DNA from: Amoebidium appalachense
Taxonomy: Eukaryota; Protista; Ichthyosporea
Direction of reading: 5' to 3'
Assembly (NCBI GenBank): GCA_963693365.1
Contig: CAVNZM010000004.1
Location: 14,196,524-14,260,523, forward strand
DNA: 64,000 bases
The stretch's first letter is position 1. Each line of letters begins with the position of its first letter. The position numbers and the translations under genes are program-made. The notes under the pieces were generated by a model. It saw nothing but the letters and a program-made list of their open reading frames with translations. It did no database searches and had not been told where the DNA came from. Of the stretch, positions 41,100 to 52,201 are shown piece by piece.

Positions 41100-41151
41100 G
41101 CACACATTTTTTGGACGTTGGCACCATCCAACGTCGGCAAAAAATGTGTGC
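41100..41151. promoter_or_regulatory. Palindromic divergent promoter candidate
   Basis: GCACACATTTTTTGGACGTTGG-caccat-CCAACGTCGGCAAAAAATGTGTGC between divergent ATGs at 41075 and 41168. Confidence 0.6.
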
Positions 41152-41167
41152 GTACTGGTAACCAACC

Positions 41168-41782
41168 ATGTCAGCCGAAGACAACCAAATCGAGCGCGTG
41201 TCTGACGGCGAAGTCCACCAACCCGTGTCCAGCGGCGCCACCGGCATGGGTGTGGAGCCCATGGTGTTGGACGCCGGCCACGTGGCCAAGGCGAGACGGC
41301 AGCCCACGGCCCGGCAGCTGGAGGCCCTGGAGAAGGGCCGGAGCACCAGGGTGGAACGCATGCGGCGAAACAAGGACTACATCCGTGAACTCGAGCAGAA
41401 GCTGCAGGTGCTGGAGACCCGCCCGCCCGGCCCCCCGCCGGCAAAAGCAGAAGCACCGGCACAACCCCCAAAAGCACCCCGGCCAAGGCAGAAGAAGGCA
41501 CCACGGAAGCCCATGACGAGGGTGGCGTTCGAGGAAGGGGACAGCGATGGCAGCTATGACGACTCGGACCCGCACAGCAACCCCTACTACCAGTACTACA
41601 TGCCCCCGCCCGTACCACACCCCATGGGTGCACCGGGCGGGTACGCACCTCCACAGACACGCCACAGTGCCCCCCACACGGGCATGGGCTACGGCCCGTA
41701 CCACCCTCCTGCAGCAGCAGCACCCCCTCCCCCAGCGCAGCTACAGCGACCACATCGCCAGCCTCATTTCGTGGTGACGTAG
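41168..41782 (+). CDS. Hypothetical viral protein (204 aa), coiled coil plus Pro/Tyr-rich tail
   Basis: Good start context; TARQLEALEKGR basic helix, coiled coil, low-complexity C-terminus. Confidence 0.7.
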   Translation: MSAEDNQIERVSDGEVHQPVSSGATGMGVEPMVLDAGHVAKARRQPTARQLEALEKGRSTRVERMRRNKDYIRELEQKLQVLETRPPGPPPAKAEAPAQPPKAPRPRQKKAPRKPMTRVAFEEGDSDGSYDDSDPHSNPYYQYYMPPPVPHPMGAPGGYAPPQTRHSAPHTGMGYGPYHPPAAAAPPPPAQLQRPHRQPHFVVT

Positions 41783-41833
41783 GAAGGAAAAATTCGTGTG
41801 CCCCCACTAGTAGCAAGCTACCGGTGCACGGCC

Positions 41834-42124
41834 ATGGCTACCCCTAGGAGCACGAAAAACCTGCCGTCGGCGTACTCGTCGCCGTTTACGTTCGACGACT
41901 ACCTCGAGTTCTACATACGACACGGCACGGACAAACAGTTCGACCCGGCCGACAAGGCCGGGAAGAAGCCCGAAAACAAAATCGAAAAAAAATTCCTGAG
42001 GTTGAAGAAGAGGGTGCCGGTCGACCGGCAGGAGGAGCTGAGGAAGGTGCTGGAATACGAGGCCGAGCTCGACACCCGCATGCTGGCCCACATACAGAAG
42101 CAGGAGGGGGAGACCAACATCTAA
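41834..42124 (+). CDS. Hypothetical viral protein (96 aa)
   Basis: Packed ORF with GCCATGG start and viral codon usage. Confidence 0.65.
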   Translation: MATPRSTKNLPSAYSSPFTFDDYLEFYIRHGTDKQFDPADKAGKKPENKIEKKFLRLKKRVPVDRQEELRKVLEYEAELDTRMLAHIQKQEGETNI

Positions 42125-42366
42125 AAATAGGACCGGCCACCGCCCGACCGACCGGCCCGGAAAGACCTCTGCAGGTAGTTGATGTTGCTGCCGGCGTAGG
42201 CAATGCCCTGGGCGGCACGACCAATGTCCATGACCGTCCGGAACCTGTCCCAGGCCTCGTTGGGGTGGACGATGACGGTGTGGCTGCGTGGTGTGGCCGT
42301 GCGGTCCGGCAGTGCCGGCCGCCAGTACTCGGAGTCGTTGACGTGCCCCACCCCTCGAAAATCCAT
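42121..42366 (-). CDS. Hypothetical viral protein (81 aa)
   Basis: MDFRGVGH... ORF directly downstream of the penton; stop overlaps the stop of the convergent gene. Confidence 0.55.
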   Translation of the reverse strand: MDFRGVGHVNDSEYWRPALPDRTATPRSHTVIVHPNEAWDRFRTVMDIGRAAQGIAYAGSNINYLQRSFRAGRSGGGRSYF

Positions 42367-42422
42367 GTTTGTTTGTAAGGCTCCCGTTAACCGTTGTATG
42401 TCAAAATATAGCCACCGTGACG

Positions 42423-45400
42423 CTAGCCGAACCGTTGGGGTTTGGCCATGGGCCGGATCGCCGTGACCCCCGTGGGGCTCGGGATTCGCCGGAGGCACAA
42501 TAAAACCGTCATGTCCCCCCTCAGCCCCACCACGTCCCCGTAGCAGCTGACCAGCTTGATGCTGAGCGAGTTGATGTGCGTGCTGACGTCCAGAGGCAGC
42601 TCGACGACGGCCCTGTTGTCAAAGAGGGGGAGGGCGTACTGCGGGAAGGTGGGTATGACGGCCAGAATGTCCTTGCTCGGATAGGACGACTGGAACTTGA
42701 CGTCGGCGTTGGCCACGCTCACCGACGACTCCGAATTCACCCCGTGCAGCTCAAGGAAAAAGTGGCTGGGGAATGCCGGTATGTTGGGGGCCATGACCTC
42801 TCCCTCTGCCTTGGAGGCGGCCAGCTGACCGTCGAGGGGCATGCCGGCCGCTGCAGCCATGACCGGGCTGTCGAACCACATGACCACCCGGTAAAACTCG
42901 TTCGCATTGAACAGCGTGATGCGGCTGGCTACTTGGTGACACCCCTGTAAACAACTGTACACATGAACTGTACATGTTTACTAAAGAATGTGATCTACTA
43001 GCACACGATTCGTGCTTTGTCATGAATATCACATAAATATTATGTCCGCACCAATAGGACTCACTCTGACCTAAGAATTGAACCATATATGGTTCTTCCG
43101 CTGCATACCACATAAACGAAGTGAACCAATAAGAGGTTTGCATAAATAGGACGAAGGTCTGACTGGCTCGGACCGCACCAGAATCACGAATGGCATGTTG
43201 CCACCCGCGCTGGCCGCGGATGAACCAATCCTGGGCCTTGATCCGAAACCTGGGGGCTATATAAGAAAGCCGTCCCAGTACGGGGATCACATCAGTGAAG
43301 TCTGAGACAGACTGAGTCGGCCCATAGTAAAAGCAACTTGGCCGCGTGTGCCTTTCTACCCGTTCTCTGTCTTTATTCTGATTCAGTTGTTCTCTGCCTT
43401 ATCCCAACTAGTCAACTGTTTACATGGCGACCGCGGAGGACGTTGCGGGCGGCCAACTGTTTACATTGGCGACCGCGCAGTTCAAGAATCTCGCATCCTT
43501 CGAATCTCACATCTTTCAATCAGTTCAAGAATCTCACATCTTTCAATCAGCTTAAGAATCTCCCATGGCCGATCACAATCCTTTTTACCCCGATGATAGG
43601 CACATCTTTCCTTGTCCGGCTTAGAATATATACACCGACAAGTTTGAAGTGGCCAGCCCACCTACACGGAAAGAATTGAAAGCATGTAAAACTTCTTTTG
43701 CTACGACACATCAAAAATGTGAAGAAAAACGAACACACAACGAAACAACGAATACACGAACAAACGAATAAAGAATTGCTAACGAAGCAATGAACCAACG
43801 AAAAACGAACCATCACGAATACGCAATGAAATAAAGAGTTAACGACAAGCGAATGCATAGAGGAAATACGAAATGAATGCAACACAAAACAAAACAAAGT
43901 AACGAAGTTATCAAACGACAAAAAACGATAAACGAAAGCAAAATGAAATGGAAACACGAAAATGAAAAGAACGAATGCACAACACTGCTTAGGTTGCAAT
44001 GCACACGGCCCCCTCTATGTTACGAAGAAAAGAAAACCGTTGCCCTTGCGTGCATTGCGCTATTGCACACTGTCATCGTGTCCATGCCACCACGTGCACG
44101 TCCACACTCGCAACCCAGATGCACGGCCACTTTCAGCACGAATGCATTTAAAGAAGAAGATAGACGCTGTTCCTATAGCATTGAGGACATAAGGTGCTGT
44201 GAAAGTAGTTTTGCATGCATGCTTCGAATTTCTTGCTGTTTTCGAATACAGCATGCCCCATAGTTTAGCGCACAGGATGCACAACATGCGCATGAATGTA
44301 TGCTGGCATGCCTAAACACATTACGAACATATGCCTCATGTATGGCGGCCCTTCCTGGTGCCACGCCCTAACGAATTTGCACTCTTGGTGCACAAAAGGC
44401 ATGTAATAAAGTCGATGCAGAACTTTTGTTCATGCATGTGAAAAACAAAGAAGGTGTTGGGTACGAATTTTAAGGTGAATGCCCGTCTGTGGCAATACTG
44501 TGTAACATACCAATTACAATGTCAAGCCTTGCACTAGCTGCCGGCACACCCCCACCAGAACAAAAGAATGTGGTATGGGCACCGTTCCCTCACAACCCCA
44601 GCATACAGTGTCAGTATTTTGGCTGGAAGCCTTTCAGTTTCGAATTACGAATACCCTCCTTCACTACTGAAGAAAGTGACGTGGAAGACGAATACGAATA
44701 CGAATGCAAGGTGTTGTTGACTAACACATCGGACCATCATGTGTACCTAGGCCCTGGTACGGAGGTGACCATGTTATTCCCTTGCAATATGATGACACTG
44801 TAACAATTTAGCACGTGCATACCCCACCAATGGGCACATGCGGGAGACAACCCCACAAGCTGCCTTATTGGGCACCTCTGCTAAAACGAATATTCTTCTC
44901 ACGAAGGAACAGAAGAATGCCACGAACACGAACCACACACCCCCCAGGCAGCTACTTACGTCTGATGTATGAAAGTAGTAGGTGTGTGAATGGGGTAACT
45001 ACATGAACACCAACACGAAAGCAAGCACAGCACAAAGCAGTTCCACGAATACGAATGGTTTTGGTATTCCACACAACGAACAGAACCTACAGTAGGGCCA
45101 CCTACAAATGAAGCAGAGGATGGGGCACCATCCAGACCTGCACTGGAGGATATGAAGATACGAAGCGCGCTCACGAAGTTGCTTACAAAAGAAAGGGCGA
45201 CTCTGACGACTTTTCTTTTTAGGCCAAGCCTCCAGAAGAATGTATTATGCCTGGAATCCCCCTGCTCAACGAAAAATGGCTGGCAAATGGGATACGAAAA
45301 CTGCTCACGAATGGAAGCATGTGTTTTCTGAAGAAGGTTTGCTTTGCCTACCCTCTTCTTATGAATTATGAACCGGGTTTTTACTGGTTCGAATTCTGAC

Positions 45401-47109
45401 GGGCTGATATAGTATTTCTTTATGTCGCCCAACGAAGAACACTTGGGGCATTTTTATTCATGTTTTTCCCAGCTCCGATGATGCAGGGTTAAAGCTGAAA
45501 GGAAAGAAGTGCTCTTTGTTCATGAAAGAAGTGGCTTTTCCGGCCATGGTGACTCGCCTTACAGTCTTAAGGTAGAACCGGGATAAGGAGCAGTGGCTAA
45601 GCCTTGAAGCTATCCACCACTACCTGAGCTACGAAGTGACCTAAGGCTTGAGTTATATTCATTATCGAATGTTTGGTATGATCATTCATCCACACAACTA
45701 AATTACTCGCAATTGAAAACGAATCTGCGGGAGTGTCCTAAAAAGGAAAAATTCCCCAAAAAGGAAAATATTACTTCTACAGAAAAGGCCAAGCACAGAG
45801 ACGAAGCGAACAATCCGCACGCACACTCTGCAACAATCTTCGCCACGAAAATGAAATCACAGAAGAATGCTGCATGAATTTACGTTTTGGCAAATGAAGA
45901 AGTGCTCATAGACGTGCACAACTCTATTCAACCGTCCTTGCTCTGTTCTGCCCAGCAGCTCGGCGCACAAGAATTCTCGCTGAAGGTTGTTTATCGCCTC
46001 TCAGCCTGGTGGTTTGCTTGTCTAACGACACCACCAGGCTCCCGACAAGGGGGGAGTGTAAACAACTGTACACATGAACTGTACATGTTTACTAAAGAAT
46101 GTGATCTACTAGCACACGATTCGTGCTTTGTCATGAATATCACATAAATATTATGTCCGCACCAATAGGACTCACTCTGACCTAAGAATTGAACCATATA
46201 TGGTTCTTCCGCTGCATACCACATAAACGAAGTGAACCAATAAGAGGTTTGCATAAATAGGACGAAGGTCTGACTGGCTCGGACCGCACCAGAATCACGA
46301 ATGGCATGTTGCCACCCGCGCTGGCCGCGGATGAACCAATCCTGGGCCTTGATCCGAAACCTGGGGGCTATATAAGAAAGCCGTCCCAGTACGGGGATCA
46401 CATCAGTGAAGTCTGAGACAGACTGAGTCGGCCCATAGTAAAAGCAACTTGGCCGCGTGTGCCTTTCTACCCGTTCTCTGTCTTTATTCTGATTCAGTTG
46501 TTCTCTGCCTTATCCCAACTAGTCCAACTGTTTACAACCCCACCCCCAACGTGTCCACGTCGTTCACAATCTCGTCCTTGATGGCGTCGGGTAGATTCGG
46601 GTGGTAGACTTCCTTCAAGGCGTAGTTCAACCAGGCAGCCACGAGCGTGCCCACAATGTTCTCGTCGTCTAGTTCATACGCCTCAGAGTCATCCGCGCAC
46701 AGTTTTCTGGACCCACGGCCGATGTACTCCCCCCTAGGGTCCACCCCAAACTCGTACAGGGGTATCTGCTTGAAGGTCGACAACGACGATTCCGGCACGT
46801 CCGCAGGGAGGGGCTCCAGGGGTATGCGTCTGTGCTCCATGCTGGGCCCCCACCCGCCCGGGGAGCCGGGGTCGACCGGCCGCAGGGCAATGTTGACGTA
46901 GCACTTGTCACGAGGGAAGGGGTAGTAGAAGGTGTTGGCCGACGTCATGGTGCCACCCTCACCCAACGGGCACCCAACGACGTGTTCTGCATGAACCCGA
47001 TGGGCGGTGAGAGCATGGCCTTCATCTGCACAGGTGCAGGCTCCTGCTGGCCCTGCACAAAGTCACCGACGTGCTGCATGACAACCAGGTGTGTGGGTGC
47101 GTGGTCCAT
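42423..47109 (-). pseudogene. Minor capsid protein (penton, ~363 aa reconstructed) interrupted by an LTR retroelement
   Basis: Excising 42946-46536 plus one TSD joins VDTLGVG-CHQVASR in frame; C-terminal DILAVIP...INSLSIKLVSCYGDVVGLRGDMTVLLCLRR is the typical Polinton/PLV penton ending; one extra G near 46952 links the MDHAPTH start. Confidence 0.8.
42946..46536 (+). mobile_element. Non-autonomous LTR retrotransposon (family D), 3.6 kb
   Basis: LTRs 42946-43424 and 46057-46536 nearly identical (one 1-bp indel seen), TG..CA ends, TSD ACCCC, PBS TGGCGACCGCG at 43425 (tRNA-Arg-like), polypurine tract at 46047-46056; no RT or integrase ORF inside. Confidence 0.95.
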
Positions 47110-47173
47110 GGTGGTGGTTGTTACGTAATGAGGTACAAAAAATCGCCGTGTAACAGCCTGAGTAACGTGCAAC

Positions 47174-48636
47174 ATGCCGAGCACAACCGACTGGACCGTG
47201 GCCACCGGGCTGGCCCTCGCCAACCGGCGCAGAAACGGCTACTACGTGGGGCTCCTGCCCGACAACGCCGCCCACGACCACGACGCATACGAGCTGACGA
47301 TGCCCACCACCCGGCCGGCCACCGACTCGTACGTGGCGTGCGGTGCAGACGGCGTGCTCTCGTTTGTGGCTGCCGCCGACGTGCCCACGGACATGACGGT
47401 CAAGAACCTGTAGGCCAGGGTGGTGGCAGTGGAGGGGGTCAACACCACCCAGGACACCGACATTGCCAGTCTCAAAACCACCACGGGAGGCCTGGACACA
47501 CGGCTGGCGGCGGTGGAGACGAAAGCCACGAGTGCCCTCGACACGGCCACCGGTGCGGTGACGATCAACACCGCCCAGACAAACGACATTGCCGGCCTCA
47601 AAACCGCCACGGGGAGCCTGGACACACGGCTGACGGCAGTGGAGAGCAAGGCCACCACCGCCCTCGGCACGGCCAACGGTGCGGTGACGGTCAACACCAC
47701 ACAGAACACGGACATTGCCGCCCTCAAGACCACCACGGGAGGCCTGGACACGAGGCTGACGGCAGTGGAGAGCAAGGCCACCACCGCCCTCAGCACCGCC
47801 AACGGTGCAGTGACGGTCAACACCACACAGAACACGGACATTGCCGGCCTCAAGACCACCACGGGGAGCCTGGACACGAGGCTGACGGCAGTGGAGAGCA
47901 AGGCCACCAGCGCCCTCAGCACGGCCAACGGTGCAGTGACGGTCAACACCACCCAGACAAACGACATTGCCGGCCTCAAGACTACCACCGGTACACTCAC
48001 AACGGACATGACGGCCATCAAGAACAGACTCCCTGCCAACACCAACAGGCTGGCCGATGAAGCGTGGGTGAGGCAGAGGACCGGCCCAGCGTACAAGGCA
48101 GTGAAGGTGTACCACATACCAACCGAACGTGGAGCTCCCTCTTGGGCGATACAGCATGGGGTGACATTTTTAGCCTCAAGCCGGACACCGACCCAAACAT
48201 CAACCTTGGGTGGATGACACAGCCAGGGGCCGAACTGCTCATCGTGCACGAGTTTTGGAGGGCGCTCGGCAACAACCAATTCCAGTTCATGGTGCAGGAA
48301 GGTCGGGTGTCCATGGCCTGTGTGGACCCTGTTAGTCCGAACGGCCATTACCCGTTTGCCATAGGGTGTGGTCTGATCGAGGGGGAACTACAGCCCACAG
48401 GAAACGGGACAGATTTCTGGCTACGAATAAGGGTGACCAATAGAGCCTCTGACACCTATAGCTTTGGCAATGCGTCAGGCTACAATGCATTCAACGTGCA
48501 GGTGATTGCCAGGTACCCCCACTTTAGCGAATATGTCAACAAATCTAGCATTCCGAGAACAGACCTCAACTTCCACGATCCAAACTACTTTGCCGACTAC
48601 CCATATGCAACCGAGACAGGTAGCTGGCTACCGTAG
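47174..48636 (+). CDS. Fibre-like protein (~487 aa reconstructed): N-terminal module, 42-aa coiled-coil repeats, globular head; internal TAG and one frameshift
   Basis: ORFs 47174-47413 and 47420-48217 share a frame, separated by TAG 47411-47413; adding one A near 48128 joins the 48064-48636 domain. Confidence 0.75.
47441..48020 (+). repeat. 126-bp coding tandem repeat (4 full copies plus a partial)
   Basis: Units start at 47441, 47567, 47693, 47819, 47945 and encode NTTQxxDIAxLKTTTGxLDTRLTAVESKATxALxTANGAVTV. Confidence 0.92.
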
Positions 48637-48678
48637 GTGCCAAGGTGAATTTTTCTCTACGGGGTATTAAGACTCACC

Positions 48679-48738
48679 ATGAGTCATTTGCAGTGGCACG
48701 TTTCCCAGGGAATTCCCCTACTGGCACCGAGAAACTAA
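48679..48738 (+). pseudogene. 19-codon remnant of the fibre-family N-terminus
   Basis: MSHLQWHVSQGIPLLAPRN* aligns with MNSLPWHVTEGVSLVGPKS of the next gene; both share ACTCACCATGA start context. Confidence 0.55.
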
Positions 48739-48767
48739 ATTATTTCTAACACACTAGTAAACTCACC

Positions 48768-50781
48768 ATGAACAGTTTGCCGTGGCACGTTACCGAGGGA
48801 GTCTCCCTGGTGGGTCCAAAAAGCAGAGACTACTACGTCGGCATCCGACCCGACTCGAGCGGGCACGGGCACGACAGCTACGTCCTCGAGCTGCCCAAAA
48901 GCCTCCCCCGAGCGGGGCCAGCCTTCTTGAAGGTGGACGAGGTGGGGGCCGGTACCTTCATGCCCGTGGCGGAGGTGACCGACCGGCTGGACGACCTGGA
49001 GAGGAGGGTGGTGCTGTTGGAAAAGGGCATGGTCAAGAACTGGGAGGAGCACACCGTCTACGACACCATGAAGGAAACCTTGGACACTATAGTAAAGGTG
49101 CTGTGGGGGGACGACAAGGAGAACTTTGAAGACAACATTGTACGTCGCCTGCTGAGGCTGGAAGGCCTAACCCCCGACCCGATATTCAAAGTTTCCCTAC
49201 TCCATGTGGGTCCGGCCAAACTTTTTGTTTTCCAACGGGTGGACGTCGGTGCGTACCATAAACAGACAGATCAAGACAGCCCTGCCCGAACGCCCCGACT
49301 TCCCCAAGTTCCCCATGATAAGCAACCCAGACACCCCACACAGCATGGGCACCCCCCTCTTTTTTGGGAGCTGGGACGAGGAGAGACAGACCATCACGTT
49401 CCAGGCCCACCACTACCCCATGTCTGCACGAACCGCATGCTTCAAGTTCGACCATGTCGGCATAAACGGACAGGACAAGGACGACGGTCACACGTACACC
49501 CACTTCTACGAAAACGAAACGGACGAGGCAAGACACGCCACCCTTTGGCCCTACACCCCAACCATGGAGGCCGTCATATCATCAAACACGTACCCCCTCA
49601 ACAACAACTACGCCTACAACAAGAAGGGCATCAGCAGGGTCTTACCGTTCATGACGTACGACATTGTCATGGGCACCGTGCCCCGGGGGGAGCCGCTGCA
49701 GCAGCACATTGCCGGCAAGCTCACCGCCAACCTAGACAGCAGCCAGCTGTACGAGCTCAACCAGGTCGTCGTCGAGAAGGCCGAGTACCTGCACGACGTG
49801 CCCATCATCAACACAGAGGTTGACCACACGGACCTGCACGACACCAACAACGACTGGCACATGGACTACATCAACGAGGACAACCCCGACCTGCCCGGGG
49901 GCGGAAAGTTCCCCTACGACGACAAGGTTCTCACAAACTGGATAAAGAGCAGGGTGTGGGCACAGGAGCAAGAGACCATATCGGGCACAACCAAGACACG
50001 GTACTTCAGGCCGGGCCTCCTGCACTTCTCCAACAGGGGCCCCAACGACTACACCACCACACGCATGGGCTACGTGAAACTTGACCACAAGGTCCACTAC
50101 AAGTTTCCCAGCGTCATGTTTCAATACGAAACCACCGTCAGCGCCGTCGGTGATTTGGGGGGGACCAACAAGAGCGTGTATTCGGGCCCCAAAGGGTCAC
50201 TACCCCACCCGGAAATGGAGCTCACGTACAGGGTGACAAGCCGGGTGCTACGTCTAAACTACAACGAAGCCGTTTCCCCCGACCCCTGGGACGAGGTGGA
50301 CCAGCTATGGGAACCGGTGGGCTCGGCCCTCAAACAGTACCTCAACACCATACGTGCACACATGCCCAACGGAAAGGTGCCACAGAGCATGCAGGAAAAC
50401 GACCTGTGGTTTATGGTGAGGCCTAGGGAGATCAACTTTGTGCCCGTGCTAAGAGACTTCGTCGAAGAGGAAACGTTCAAACCAAGCCCGTTGGACATTG
50501 TGGAGAGTGTGATGGACTTGATGGGGGTCATACCTGTGGTCGGCGATTCCGTGTCTGCCGTGGGCAAGGGGGCATGCAAACTCGCACAGAGGTACGGAGG
50601 TAAGCTAGGCACGGGCATTGGCAAGATGGGCAAGAGGAAGGCACGCCGGGCCGCCACCGACTACGACAACTACGCCGCCGAGCTCGAGGCCTGGAAGAAC
50701 AACCAGGGTAAGTACGGGCCCGACCACAACGTCGTGGATGTGGGCGACTGGGACAACGGGCCAAAATGGACCATGCCCTAA
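48768..50781 (+). CDS. Second fibre-family protein (~670 aa, one frameshift) with C-terminal pre-toxin-TG-like motif
   Basis: N-terminus paralogous to 47174; short coiled coil; removing one T near 49193 joins ORF 49204-50781; LDIVESVMDLMGVIPVVGD near the end. Confidence 0.7.
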
Positions 50782-50783
50782 AA

Positions 50784-51551
50784 CTACGTGTAGGGGCCCA
50801 GCACGTCCATGCAGTAGAGTATGAGGTACCAGAGGGCAAGCAGGCAGCAGGCGAGCAGTGTGTACCCCAACGTGGTCAGAAACCCGTTCTCCAAAAACCC
50901 AAACTCCCACAAGTTCCAGTGGAGCTCGTCAAACACAATGCCTGCCAGTGCAAGGCCTGCATGCACGCACACGCACAGCACAATGTTCCTGGTGAGCACG
51001 GGCACGGACAGGGAGAGCATGTACCGTGCACAGACGAGGGTGGCACACGCCAGCACGCCCCTCAACACAAGAAACACGTAGCCAAACACCGACGGTTCAA
51101 ACACGCACGTCATGCCGTAGAGGGCACTTAGGGGGAGGAGGGAGGCACACACCATGTACGCCACGGCCCGTGGGAAGAACAACGTGGTCGTCACACGCAT
51201 GGATCGGGCCCAGCACGCTGCTGCCAGCATGTAGGCGAGGGGGGAGGCCACATGATACAGCCACGAGCCCAGCCAGTAGGGTGCCCACATCACACAGTGC
51301 CCGGCCACGTCAGGGTGGGTGTCCACGTCGAGCCAGGCATACGCCACCCATTGTGCCTGGCACATGACCACACCTGTGAGGGGTAGGATGATGAGCCAAA
51401 ACATGCATGTACGTTTGGCAAGTTCCGGTATGAGTACGGCTGTGCCGTAGGACGCCACCACGAGTGCAACACACATGATGGCACAGCAGGTGGTAAAATA
51501 TATACGTGCAAGGTCGACAATCATTCTCACAACTGAGCTGCCTACTACCAT
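50784..51551 (-). CDS. Multi-pass membrane protein, about 7 TM helices (255 aa)
   Basis: Seven hydrophobic ~20-aa segments by eye; ORF exactly fills the gap between flanking genes. Confidence 0.7.
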   Translation of the reverse strand: MVVGSSVVRMIVDLARIYFTTCCAIMCVALVVASYGTAVLIPELAKRTCMFWLIILPLTGVVMCQAQWVAYAWLDVDTHPDVAGHCVMWAPYWLGSWLYHVASPLAYMLAAACWARSMRVTTTLFFPRAVAYMVCASLLPLSALYGMTCVFEPSVFGYVFLVLRGVLACATLVCARYMLSLSVPVLTRNIVLCVCVHAGLALAGIVFDELHWNLWEFGFLENGFLTTLGYTLLACCLLALWYLILYCMDVLGPYT

Positions 51552-51602
51552 CTCCGTACGAAAAAATGTGCAACCATAATAAAAGGGAAAAACAAGACCA
51601 AG

Positions 51603-52180
51603 ATGTCTAACGTAACCAGGCTCAATCTGCTCACGCGTGCAGGCGGGTACGTGGGTGTGCTAGCCCACCCATCTACTGAAGCCTACGACCTCGTGTTCCC
51701 AAAACACCCACCCAAGGAAGGGGAGATGTTGGTTTGCACAGAAAAGGGGCTAGAGTGGAGACCCTTTACAGAGTGGTTGAAAGAGAATGCAAGCACCATC
51801 AGGGACGTGCTACTGCACGAGCACCCCCACCCCCTCCCCCCGGCCAGACACCCCTTTCCCCCACGACCTCCTCTCCCCTACACCCCCCTTTGAGCCCCTC
51901 TTTGCCTTCCCCTCCCCACACCCGTCACCCCCTCCCCCCACCACAAGAGCTACAATCCGCCGTGCTCACCCTACTCGACGATGATGAGGGTATGGCCTCA
52001 AGCACAGGCAGCACGGACACGGAAAAGGACGTCACCCCATTGCACCCACACCCCCTCATCCCCGACCACCCCATCAAGCTCCAGGCACCCCCTGCCCCCA
52101 AGGCCAAAAAAACGACCAGAAAGACCACCAACACCCGCAGGCCAAGAAGGGTGCCCGAGGAGAAAGTGTCAACCGACTAG
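51603..52180 (+). CDS. Third fibre-family N-terminal module followed by a Pro-rich, basic tail (one apparent frameshift)
   Basis: GYVGVLAHPSTEAYDLVFPKHPPKEGEMLVCTEKGLEW resembles the N-termini at 47174 and 48768; ORFs 51603-51893 and 51734-52180 overlap across C-runs. Confidence 0.6.
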
Positions 52181-52201
52181 TAGCGAGCGCAGGAAACCAC
52201 C

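Noticed and set aside
44489-44803. dUTPase-like phrase KVLLTNTSDHHVYLGPGTEV inside the LTR element
   Set aside because: Other dUTPase motifs are missing; at most a decayed pol-linker remnant.
50784-51551. Viral rhodopsin
   Set aside because: No retinal-binding lysine in the last helix.
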